Below, piece by piece: positions 41,029 to 49,851 of a DNA stretch of 64,000 bases. A program made the position numbers and the translations under genes. Origin of the DNA: Bacilli bacterium (lineage in GTDB: Bacteria; Bacillota_I; Bacilli_A; ML615J-28; CAG-313); assembly GCA_017409905.1 (NCBI GenBank), contig JAFQRV010000016.1:22143-86142 (forward strand), in the 5' to 3' direction. How positions within the stretch are numbered: position 1 is the first letter of the stretch; every line of letters begins with the position of its first letter. A model generated the notes under the pieces. It was not told the origin of the DNA, made no database searches, and saw only the letters and a list, made by a program, of their open reading frames with translations.

Positions 41029-42804
41029 ATGAAAGACTTTAAAGAAAAATTATCGCTTGTCCCTAAAAAACCTGGTTGTTATCAAATGAAAGATTTGGAT
41101 AATCAGATTATATATGTTGGAAAAGCCAAGAATTTACAAAATCGACTTAAAAGTTATTTTACTGGTAAACATAATGCTAAAACAACTAAACTAGTTGAAA
41201 ATATTAATGACTTTGAATATATCATTACCAATAGTGAAGTAGAAGCATTTTTATTAGAAATTAACTTAATTAAAGAACATCGCCCAAAATACAATATTTT
41301 ATTAATGGATGATAAAACATATCCATATATATATGTTACAGATGAACAACATCCAAGATTAATATTAACAAGAGATCCAGCTAAGTTTAAAAAAAGAACT
41401 AAAGGTAAATTATATGGACCATATCCAAATGTTCATGCTTGTAGAAATACTGTGGAAATGTTAAATAAAGTCTTTCCTTTAAGAAAATGTAAACATATTC
41501 CAAAAAAAGAATGTTTATATTATTCCTTAGGTCAATGCCTAGCCCCTTGTATTAATAAAGTTAATGATGATATATATGATAAGATAAAAAATGAAATTAA
41601 TAAATTCTTAACAACAGATGATTCAAGTCTATATGAAACAATTGAAAAAATGATGTATGATGCTTCAGAAAATATGGAATTTGAAAAAGCCATCATGTAT
41701 CGTGATATCTTACAAAATATTAAAGAGCTACATAATAAACAAAAAATGACATCTAATGATTTAGGAAACAGAGATATCTTTGGCTACTATGTTGATGATG
41801 AAATGATTAATATTCAAGTATTCCATATTCGTTTTGGTAAAGTAATTATGCGAAGTGGTGAAGTATTTGAGTTATATGATACAGTTGATGAAGTATTAGC
41901 TTCATATATATTACAGTTCTATAATATTAGTTCTAATATATTACCTAATGAAATAGTAATACCATATATTGAAAATGCGGAAATTTTAGAAACAGCATTA
42001 GATACTAAAGTAATAATTCCAGTTAAAGGGGATAAAAAGAAATTACTCGATTTAGTATGTGATAATGCTAAAACAACACTAGAAGTTAAAAAACAAGAAA
42101 GATTAAGAAAAATCAGTAAAACAACAGATACAATAGAAGAACTTGGTAAATTATTAAATATTCCATATCCTAAAAGAATTGAACTATTTGATAACTCAAA
42201 TATATCTGGTACATCAAGTGTATCCGCAATGGTAGTATATGTAGATGGAATGCCTTCAAATAAAGATTATCGAAAGTACAAGGTAAAAACTATTGAAGGT
42301 GCTGATGATTTCCATACAATGATGGAAGTAATTACAAGAAGATATAAAAGAGTATTAAAAGATAATTTAACAAAACCTAATTTATTAATTGTAGATGGTG
42401 GTATCCCCCAAGTAAAAGCCGCAAAAAATGCTATAAAAGAAATTGGTATAGATATATATATTATGGGGTTAGTAAAAGACGATAAACACCATACACGTGC
42501 AATAATTAATCAAGATTTAGAAGAAATTACAATTGATAAAAGAAGTAACCTATTCTTATTATTAGAAGCAATGCAAAATGAAGTACATAGATTTGCGATT
42601 ACATTCTTTAGAAAAACAATTAGTAAATCAAATGTTGCATCTATTTTAGATAACATTAAAGGCATTGGTGAAAATAGAAGAAATAAGTTATTAGAAACTT
42701 TTGATAGTATTGATGATATTAAGAAAGCATCAACTGAAAAATTAAAGTCTTTAGGACTTCCTAAAGATGTTATTGAAAATCTTTTAATTGAATTAAATAA
42801 GTAA
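41029..42804 (+). CDS. uvrC: excinuclease ABC subunit C
   Basis: N-terminal GIY-YIG (GCYQM...IYVGKAKNLQNRLKSY) and C-terminal HhH. Confidence 0.9.
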   Translation: MKDFKEKLSLVPKKPGCYQMKDLDNQIIYVGKAKNLQNRLKSYFTGKHNAKTTKLVENINDFEYIITNSEVEAFLLEINLIKEHRPKYNILLMDDKTYPYIYVTDEQHPRLILTRDPAKFKKRTKGKLYGPYPNVHACRNTVEMLNKVFPLRKCKHIPKKECLYYSLGQCLAPCINKVNDDIYDKIKNEINKFLTTDDSSLYETIEKMMYDASENMEFEKAIMYRDILQNIKELHNKQKMTSNDLGNRDIFGYYVDDEMINIQVFHIRFGKVIMRSGEVFELYDTVDEVLASYILQFYNISSNILPNEIVIPYIENAEILETALDTKVIIPVKGDKKKLLDLVCDNAKTTLEVKKQERLRKISKTTDTIEELGKLLNIPYPKRIELFDNSNISGTSSVSAMVVYVDGMPSNKDYRKYKVKTIEGADDFHTMMEVITRRYKRVLKDNLTKPNLLIVDGGIPQVKAAKNAIKEIGIDIYIMGLVKDDKHHTRAIINQDLEEITIDKRSNLFLLLEAMQNEVHRFAITFFRKTISKSNVASILDNIKGIGENRRNKLLETFDSIDDIKKASTEKLKSLGLPKDVIENLLIELNK

Positions 42805-42851
42805 CTTAAATCCCCAATATGACATAGTATGAAATGATGTGGGGGAATTAA

Positions 42852-43064
42852 ATGCAATTAAAAGAATTTTTAACGAAAAGAGAAAAACAAATATTCAAAT
42901 TATTAGTAGAAAATGTTGATACAGAAGAAATAGCTGAAATTTTAGATATTAGTAGTAAAACTGTTAGAAATCATATATCTAACGTAATTCAAAAATTAGG
43001 AGTTAGAAGTAGATCACAAGCAATATTAGAACTAATAAGAATGAATGAAATCACCTTAAAGTGA
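42852..43064 (+). CDS. gerE: GerE-like LuxR-type HTH sporulation transcription regulator
   Basis: 70 aa, near-collinear with B. subtilis GerE (LTKREKQIFKLLV...TVRNHISNVIQKLGVRSRSQA). Confidence 0.8.
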   Translation: MQLKEFLTKREKQIFKLLVENVDTEEIAEILDISSKTVRNHISNVIQKLGVRSRSQAILELIRMNEITLK

Positions 43065-43072
43065 GGATAACT

Positions 43073-43927
43073 ATGGAAAAAATAAGTGGTAGAATACGTA
43101 ATGTTAACTTAGAAGAAAGAACATTCGAAATCTTAAAAAGAAATAAAGTAGAATACTTTTATTTAACTAGATCACAAATTCAAAAATTTAAACCATATCT
43201 TCAAATTGGATTCTTTGTTCAATTAGAATACCATGAAGAAAAAGTTTTAAAAGGAAAAGTAAAAGCTTATCCTGTAATAGGTTTTACTAAGTTAATAAGC
43301 ATAACAAGAAATAAAAGAACTGTTTACTTTGATATGGACACTATTAAAAAAGGTGTTACTAATGTTTTAAATAGAACAGGATATAAAATGTTTATTGATT
43401 TAGAATTTTCGATGCCACCATATAATTCAAATGGAACATTCGAAAGTGAAATTGTTGAGTATGGATTTATTATTGAAAACAATGAAGGGCAAATTATTGA
43501 TGAAGAAACTTCATTAGTTAAAATTAATGATAAAAATGGTGTATCAGATAGAACATTAGATTTTTTGAATTTGAAAAAAGAAGACTTTAAAAAAGCCTCT
43601 ACCACTAAAGAATTTTATGATGTATTAAAAGAAGCATTAGAAAAGTATGAACCAATTATTTTAGTATGGGGAACTAATGACATCCAAATGTTGAATAGTT
43701 TCTATGAAAGAAATAATTTTGAACCATTAACAGAAAGAGCATCTTTTATTAATTTAATGCAACTATTAAAGAATTATTATGGTTTAAAATCCGATGTTGG
43801 ATTGTTTAAAGCATTAGAATATTTTGATAAAACATTTGATAAAGAACAAGTACATGATGCTTTAACTGATGCTTCAATTACTAGTTTAGTATTTCATCAC
43901 TTTAAAGAATATGCCAATAGAAAATAA
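43073..43927 (+). CDS. DEDDh 3'-5' exonuclease-domain protein with an extra N-terminal domain
   Basis: Exo I IDLEFS, ...WGTND..., Exo III HDALTDASIT. The ATG at 43073 with RBS GAGGATA is preferred over the GTG at 43061. Confidence 0.65.
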   Translation: MEKISGRIRNVNLEERTFEILKRNKVEYFYLTRSQIQKFKPYLQIGFFVQLEYHEEKVLKGKVKAYPVIGFTKLISITRNKRTVYFDMDTIKKGVTNVLNRTGYKMFIDLEFSMPPYNSNGTFESEIVEYGFIIENNEGQIIDEETSLVKINDKNGVSDRTLDFLNLKKEDFKKASTTKEFYDVLKEALEKYEPIILVWGTNDIQMLNSFYERNNFEPLTERASFINLMQLLKNYYGLKSDVGLFKALEYFDKTFDKEQVHDALTDASITSLVFHHFKEYANRK

Positions 43928-43969
43928 AAAAAGACTATTTCAAACAGAAAGTTTGAAGTAGTCTTTTAT

Positions 43970-45643
43970 TTATATAATATTAATTGTTGTTATAATAAAT
44001 GGTTTATGTTCAATAGTATCATATATATATTGAGATAAATGATTAGTAATATCTGTACGTAAAGTTTTGATATTAATTGTTTTTTGTTTTTTAAGAAGTT
44101 GCATACAAATACTTGTGGCTTTACTTTTAATTGATTCCACTAAATCCTTTGATTGAACCTCATCAATAAAGCCTTTTGTATTAACAATTACTGGACATAA
44201 GAATTCTTTTTTTCTATTAATTGTAAAAACTAATGATAATAAACCGCCTTCTGATAAGTGTTTTCTTTCTTTAAGAATATTACTATTAACGTCACTTAAA
44301 TTACTATCTAAATAGACTTCATCAGCAGCAATCTCTTTTTTTACAACTTTAGCACCTTTTGAATTAATATGTAATACATCACCATTATCTAAACAAAAAC
44401 AATTATTTGGAGAATGTCCTAATTCAACAGCGATATTAGCGTGTTGTTTTAACATGTTATATTCTCCGTGTACTGGCATAAAATACTTTGGTTTCATAAA
44501 GTTTAACATTAACTTCATTTCTTCTCTTGAAGCATGTCCTGTAGTATGAGTATCTGATAATGGAGTATTCTTAATAACTGTAGCCCCATTTTTAATTAAC
44601 ATATTAATATTGCGGTTAATAAATTGTTCATTACCAGGAATTGGTTTACTTGAATAAATAATTGTATCATCAGGTAATAATTTAATTTGTTTATGTGTAC
44701 CATTAGCAATTCTCGATAATGCGGCTAGTGGTTCACCTTGAGAACCAGTACAAAGGATAGTTACTTTGTTTGGCGGATATTTATTAATTTCTCTTTGAGA
44801 GATAATATTATCTTTATTAATATTAATATATTTTAAACGCATGGCAGCTTCAATATTCTTTTCCATACTATGACCAAAAATTGCTATATATCTACCACAT
44901 TCTTGACTCGCTTCTAATATTTGTTGAACTCTAAAGACATTAGAAGCAAATGTTGCACAAATAATTCTTCCTTTAGCTTGTTGAAAACTAAGTCTTATAT
45001 TATCCGCAATTTTTCTTTCAGATAATGAAAAGTTAGAAATATCCGCATTAGTACTATCTGCTAATAAACAAAGAACTCCATCATTACCAAGTTTTGTCAT
45101 TTTATAATAATCTGCACTTTTTCCAATTGGAGTTAAATCAAACTTAAAGTCACCAGTGTTAACAATATAACCAAGCTTTGTTTTAATCGCAATCCCAAAT
45201 GAATCAGGAATTGAGTGGTTAGTTCTAAAGAAACTAATACTAAAATTATTATAATTGAATTCTGAATTATCTTCAAAAGTTCTTAATTGATATGGAATAT
45301 CTGGATATTCAAACATTTTATTTTTAATTAAATTATAAGCAATTCCACTTGCATATATAACAGGGATCTCTACTTTTTCTAGTAAGAATGGTAAAGCTCC
45401 AATATGATCTTCATGACCATGCGTAATAAATAAAGCTTTAATCTTACTTTCATTTTCTTTTAAGTATGTAAAATCAGGAATGATATAATCAATACCTGGA
45501 GTTTCACCCCCCGCAAAAAGAATGCCTGCATCCATCACAATGATTTCATCACCCATTTGAACAATATAACAGTTCATACCTACGGCTCCTAAACCACCTA
45601 AAGATGCAATTAGAATGTCATTTTGATTATTCTTCTTTTTCAT
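43970..45643 (-). CDS. rnj: ribonuclease J
   Basis: Metallo-beta-lactamase HGHEDHIGALP with beta-CASP. RBS AGGAGG. A bidirectional terminator lies at 43929-43968. Confidence 0.9.
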   Translation of the reverse strand: MKKKNNQNDILIASLGGLGAVGMNCYIVQMGDEIIVMDAGILFAGGETPGIDYIIPDFTYLKENESKIKALFITHGHEDHIGALPFLLEKVEIPVIYASGIAYNLIKNKMFEYPDIPYQLRTFEDNSEFNYNNFSISFFRTNHSIPDSFGIAIKTKLGYIVNTGDFKFDLTPIGKSADYYKMTKLGNDGVLCLLADSTNADISNFSLSERKIADNIRLSFQQAKGRIICATFASNVFRVQQILEASQECGRYIAIFGHSMEKNIEAAMRLKYININKDNIISQREINKYPPNKVTILCTGSQGEPLAALSRIANGTHKQIKLLPDDTIIYSSKPIPGNEQFINRNINMLIKNGATVIKNTPLSDTHTTGHASREEMKLMLNFMKPKYFMPVHGEYNMLKQHANIAVELGHSPNNCFCLDNGDVLHINSKGAKVVKKEIAADEVYLDSNLSDVNSNILKERKHLSEGGLLSLVFTINRKKEFLCPVIVNTKGFIDEVQSKDLVESIKSKATSICMQLLKKQKTINIKTLRTDITNHLSQYIYDTIEHKPFIITTINII

Positions 45644-45778
45644 GGAAACCTCCTTTCTTTAAATATTTTGTTACATATATTATAACAAAAACATCAATAA
45701 TTGAAAAGTAAAAGAGTATTGTAAATGTTTTACAAATTGGATAGTTTATGATATAATATATATAATGAGGATAAAGAA

Positions 45779-46564
45779 ATGAAAAAATTAGTATTTATAG
45801 ATATTGATGGAACAGTATATAAAGCCCATGAAGACTCGATTAGTGAAAGTATTAAACAAAAACTAAAAGATGTAAAAGATGATATAGATTTGTTTATTTC
45901 AACAGGTCGTGGTGGAATGGTAATTACTTGTTTGAGGGAAGCAAAAGAATATTTTAAAGGTTTTGTTCTATCAAATGGATCTATTGTTATATATAATAAT
46001 CAAATAATATCAAAGAAAGTTGTTGAAAAAGCTGATTTAATTAAATTTATTGAAGCTGCTAAAGAGTTAGGTTGTGTTGTAGGACTTCTTACTCTAGATA
46101 AAGTATATGTATCTCATATGAATGATTTAGTTGATTATGCTTTAACACCTAGAGATGAAAATAGTGTAATTGATATTAATGGATACGACTTTAATTTGGA
46201 ACAAGAATATTGTATGGCATGGTCTTTTGATGATTTAGAATTAATTAACAAATTAGAAGAAAGATTACCTGATACTTTTACTTTCTTTAAATGGGGAAAA
46301 ACAGGAGCAGATATTGTTTTAGATGGTATTACTAAAGCAAAAGGTATTTTAGAATTATTAAATCACTTAGATACAACAAATATTAAAACTTATGCAATTG
46401 GGGATTCTGGTAATGATATACCAATGTTTAAATTAGTTGATGTTTCTATTTGTATGGGTAATGGTACAGAAGCAGCAAAAGAAGCTGCAACTTATATAAC
46501 TAAAGATTTAAATGACTTTGGTTTTGAAGAAGCAATCGATAATATTGTGAAAGGAGTTTGGTAA
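45779..46564 (+). CDS. Cof-type HAD-IIB phosphatase
   Basis: Motifs FIDIDGTV and GDSGND. Confidence 0.7.
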   Translation: MKKLVFIDIDGTVYKAHEDSISESIKQKLKDVKDDIDLFISTGRGGMVITCLREAKEYFKGFVLSNGSIVIYNNQIISKKVVEKADLIKFIEAAKELGCVVGLLTLDKVYVSHMNDLVDYALTPRDENSVIDINGYDFNLEQEYCMAWSFDDLELINKLEERLPDTFTFFKWGKTGADIVLDGITKAKGILELLNHLDTTNIKTYAIGDSGNDIPMFKLVDVSICMGNGTEAAKEAATYITKDLNDFGFEEAIDNIVKGVW

Positions 46565-46565
46565 T

Positions 46566-47150
46566 ATGATTTTAATGCATGACATTATTCGTGAGGGTGA
46601 TGAAAGATTAAGACAAAAATCAAAAGATGTTGAAACACCAGTAAGTGAAGAAGATATTAATTTATTAAAAGATATGTTAGAGTATGTTCACAATTCCGTA
46701 GATGATGAAATTGGTCCTAAATATGGACTTCGTCCATCAGTTGGTCTTGCGGCTCCTCAACTTGGGATATTAAAAAAGATTATTGCGATATCAGCTTATG
46801 ATGAATCAGGAAAACTTCATGATTATGCTTTAATTAATCCTAAAATATTAAGTTATTCAGATGAATTAACGTATCTTCCAAGTGGAGAAGGTTGTTTATC
46901 TGTTGATCGAGAAGTAAAGGGTTTAGTTCATCGTCGTAAAAGAATTACCTTTAAAGCACTAGTTTTAGAAAATAATAAACTAATTGAAAAAACAATAAAA
47001 TTAAAAGATTATATTGCGGTTGTATTCCAACATGAATATGATCATCTACAAGGATATTTATTTGTTGATAGAATAAATAAAGAAAATCCTTTCTATGTTC
47101 CAGAAAATTCAGTTAAAATTAATTTTGGAGATGAAGAAAAAAATGACTAG
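46566..47150 (+). CDS. def: peptide deformylase
   Basis: Motifs GLAAPQLG, EGCLS and QHEYDHLQG. A terminator lies at 47142-47172. Confidence 0.9.
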   Translation: MILMHDIIREGDERLRQKSKDVETPVSEEDINLLKDMLEYVHNSVDDEIGPKYGLRPSVGLAAPQLGILKKIIAISAYDESGKLHDYALINPKILSYSDELTYLPSGEGCLSVDREVKGLVHRRKRITFKALVLENNKLIEKTIKLKDYIAVVFQHEYDHLQGYLFVDRINKENPFYVPENSVKINFGDEEKND

Positions 47151-47173
47151 TTAACTAGTCATTTTTCTTTTTC

Positions 47174-47314
47174 TTACCAACGAGCAGTTCCAATGATAAC
47201 TAATAGGATAAATAAAACAAGAATTAAAGCGTAGCCATAACCTCCAAATGATGAATTAGAACAACAATTGTTTGTTTGTGCACAACAGCCATATCCATAA
47301 TTAGGTTGATACAT
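47174..47314 (-). CDS. YjcZ-family small sporulation protein (46 aa); absent from the ORF track
   Basis: Hand translation of the minus strand gives MYQPNYGYGCCAQTNNCCSNSSFGGYGYALILVLFILLVIIGTARW. The N-terminus is rich in Gly, Tyr and Cys. The hydrophobic tail ALILVLFILLVIIG is typical of the YjcZ family. RBS GGGGGGAAAAAT. Confidence 0.6.
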   Translation of the reverse strand: MYQPNYGYGCCAQTNNCCSNSSFGGYGYALILVLFILLVIIGTARW

Positions 47315-47375
47315 ATTTTTCCCCCCATTTCTCTATATAATATGAGTAACTAATATTAGAGGACTAAACTAAAAC

Positions 47376-47570
47376 CTAATAATAATATTTTTGATCTGTT
47401 CTAATTCCTAAATAGTTTTCGAGTCTTGAAATTCTTTTAGTTAATTCACTAATTAGTCTTTTTGATTCATTTAATTCTGTTTCTAATCTTTTGTAGTCAT
47501 AGTTTTCCGGAATATAAGGTTGTCCATTGGGATTATTATTTCCAAAAGGGTTAAATATTTTCTTTAACAT
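47376..47570 (-). CDS. small hypothetical protein (64 aa), possible spore-associated
   Basis: N-terminus rich in Asn, Pro and Gly, a central coiled-coil segment, C-terminal YYY. RBS AGGTGAAAA. It neighbours the YjcZ-like and ylbD/ylbE genes. Confidence 0.4.
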   Translation of the reverse strand: MLKKIFNPFGNNNPNGQPYIPENYDYKRLETELNESKRLISELTKRISRLENYLGIRTDQKYYY

Positions 47571-47667
47571 TTTTTCACCTCATTATAAAATATGGGATAT
47601 TTTTAAAAAGGTGAATAATTTGTCACACATATTGAACATAAGTAATAAATTATAATGAGGTGAAATC

Positions 47668-48000
47668 ATGGGAAGAATGGAAGAATTTAGAGCATTTGTC
47701 ACTAAATATCCAAAAGTTAGAGATGATGTGGTAAATGGCAATAGAACATGGCAGAATATCTATGAAGACTTTGTTATATTAGGTCCAGATAATGAAGTAT
47801 GGAATAAATATAAAGAACAAAAGGGAATTGACTTCTTATCAAGTGATGGAATGAAAAATATCTTAGGATATGTTAAAAAGATTAATCCTGATTCAATTAG
47901 TAAGACTTTAAATACAATTCAAAAGGTTTTACAAATTTCTCAATCTTTTGGTGGAAGAACAGGTATATATAATGCTAACTATAATAGTTGGTGGGATTAA
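47668..48000 (+). CDS. ylbD: YlbD-like putative spore coat protein
   Basis: EFRAFVTKYPKVRDDVVNGNRTWQNIYEDFVILGPDNEVWNKYK follows the YlbD pattern (F..FV.KHPK....W...E.W..LGE.D..W..Y). Confidence 0.6.
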   Translation: MGRMEEFRAFVTKYPKVRDDVVNGNRTWQNIYEDFVILGPDNEVWNKYKEQKGIDFLSSDGMKNILGYVKKINPDSISKTLNTIQKVLQISQSFGGRTGIYNANYNSWWD

Positions 48001-48227
48001 TGGATCAAACGATTACCTCTATTTTATACAGTAATCCTACATACTTAGAATATTTACGTTATCATCCTAAATGGTATCCAATTCTTGAACATCAACCAGC
48101 TTCTTATAAGGACTTTGAAAAACAATTAAAACAAGATTTAAAAATTACAATGGTCGATAAAGTAGAACACTTAAGAAAACAAATCGAATTTGTGAATCGT
48201 TTGATTAAATATTTAAATAATAATTAG
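48000..48227 (+). CDS. ylbE: YlbE-like protein
   Basis: YLRYHPKWYPILEHQP...FEKQLKQDLKIT follows the YlbE pattern (P.WYR.L.R.P....FE...K.T). The ATG at 48000 overlaps the ylbD stop as TAATG. Confidence 0.55.
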   Translation: MDQTITSILYSNPTYLEYLRYHPKWYPILEHQPASYKDFEKQLKQDLKITMVDKVEHLRKQIEFVNRLIKYLNNN

Positions 48228-48306
48228 TGTCAAGTTAAAACACTTGACATATAATTTAAAATAGTGTATAATATAAAGGAATTAATAAATAGGAGGAATT
48301 TATATT

Positions 48307-48573
48307 ATGGTTAAACTAAGATCACAAAGATTTGGTAAAACAAAAGCCCCTTTCTATCGTATCGTTGCAACTGATTCACGTAATCCTCGTGATGGTCGTT
48401 TCATTGAAATTGTAGGTACTTACAATCCATTAACTAACCCTGCAACAGTTACATTTGATGAAGAAAAGGTTTTAAAATGGTTATCACAAGGTGCTAAACC
48501 TACTGATACTGTTAAAGCTTTATTATCAAAACAAGGTATCATTGCAAAATTCACAGAAAGCAAAGCTAAGTAG
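48307..48573 (+). CDS. rpsP: 30S ribosomal protein S16
   Basis: [34 protein letters not shown]. Promoter TTGACA-17-TATAAT lies at ~48250-48285. Confidence 0.95.
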   Translation: MVKLRSQRFGKTKAPFYRIVATDSRNPRDGRFIEIVGTYNPLTNPATVTFDEEKVLKWLSQGAKPTDTVKALLSKQGIIAKFTESKAK

Positions 48574-48582
48574 GTGCAAGCA

Positions 48583-48849
48583 ATGGGCGTTGTTAATTAT
48601 CAGGTTCTACTTTCTGAATTAATTAAGCCTTTAGTATCTCGCCCTGAAGAAGTTAAAGTTGTAATCGTTGAACAAAGTGATACAAGTGTTAAAGTAAGTG
48701 TTAGTGTACACAAAGAAGACTTGGGACGTGTAATTGGTCGTAAAGGTCGTATAGCTAATGCTATTAGAACAATAGCGCATGCAGCAGCAGTACGTGATAA
48801 CATGCGTATTGATGTTGATTTAGCTTCAGAAGAAGTAGAAGAAGAATAA
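48583..48849 (+). CDS. khpA: KH-domain RNA-binding protein KhpA (YlqC)
   Basis: KH GxxG motif GRVIGRKGR. The ATG at 48583 with RBS AGGTG is preferred over the GTG at 48574. Confidence 0.8.
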   Translation: MGVVNYQVLLSELIKPLVSRPEEVKVVIVEQSDTSVKVSVSVHKEDLGRVIGRKGRIANAIRTIAHAAAVRDNMRIDVDLASEEVEEE

Positions 48850-48870
48850 AAAAAGTGGAAGAATGAATAA

Positions 48871-49701
48871 TCATTCTGCCACTTCTTTTTTTTGTTTAAA
48901 TTTATTAATAAAGTTATTAAATCCCTCTCTATCAAAAATTGCAGTTATAATAAATGCCAATGTAGTAATTAATAAATAAATTGGAATAAAATACCAAAGT
49001 ATCGGAATATACATATTAGTTTCAACATTCATAAAAATATCTGGAGAGAAGAAATCAATGATTTTAACTAAAAAAGCAAAGCCTTCATTTGGTCGCATAC
49101 ACCATGTCGGATTAAAACTACAAAGCGTTTCATACATATTAGTAGGGTGCCCGTTACTACTTATTACTATATATATAATGTCATTAAATAAAACGAACAT
49201 TAAAGCTAGATTAAAAATAAATGCAACTTTCCAAAAGTTTTTAAAACTAATTTTATGAACCCCTAGTAGCACAGGTAATAAACCAGTAATAAATAATAGT
49301 CCGTGACAAGTAAAAAATCTTAAGTATTCAATAGTAAAGATACTTTGGCCAATAAACCAATAAGGAACAAGTATAGCAATTATCCCACCAAATGTTCCAT
49401 TATATGTAAAGAAGTCTTTCCAAACACTACTTTTACAAAAGAAAATAATTGGTGCAGCCATTATTAAAAAAGCACACATGTTACTAGCACTGTTTTGTAA
49501 ACTAAAACCAGTATAATCTATATGATACCAAAAATACTTTTTAAAGATATGTTGAAGTAAATTAAAAACTATTAAGCAAAGTATTACAATCTTTTGTGTT
49601 CTTGTTGATTTATTTCTTAAAAGAAAATATAAACCTACAAGTATTCCAATTAATATGAATAGACAAAGAAAGTAAGTGAAATTAGCATATTTCATAATCA
49701 T
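48871..49701 (-). CDS. integral membrane protein (YwaF/TIGR02206-like)
   Basis: 276 aa with 7-8 TM. RBS GGAGGTGA. A bidirectional terminator overlaps its 3' end. Confidence 0.45.
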   Translation of the reverse strand: MIMKYANFTYFLCLFILIGILVGLYFLLRNKSTRTQKIVILCLIVFNLLQHIFKKYFWYHIDYTGFSLQNSASNMCAFLIMAAPIIFFCKSSVWKDFFTYNGTFGGIIAILVPYWFIGQSIFTIEYLRFFTCHGLLFITGLLPVLLGVHKISFKNFWKVAFIFNLALMFVLFNDIIYIVISSNGHPTNMYETLCSFNPTWCMRPNEGFAFLVKIIDFFSPDIFMNVETNMYIPILWYFIPIYLLITTLAFIITAIFDREGFNNFINKFKQKKEVAE

Positions 49702-49851
49702 ATCTAGTCACCTCCTTTTAATTCTATAATTAAATTGTTAAAAAGTCAAGTAACCCTAAAAGAATATTGTAAAGTTCTCTTAACAAGAGATAAGGTTCCC
49801 TTGCATTTATTAATTTTATATGTTATAATTCTTTTGTATTTGGAGGTACTT

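Noticed and set aside
48228-48249. Inverted repeat GTCAAGTTAAAACACTTGAC between ylbE and the rpsP promoter
   Set aside because: It has a short stem, no T-run, and overlaps the -35 region. It cannot be distinguished from chance or a weak terminator.
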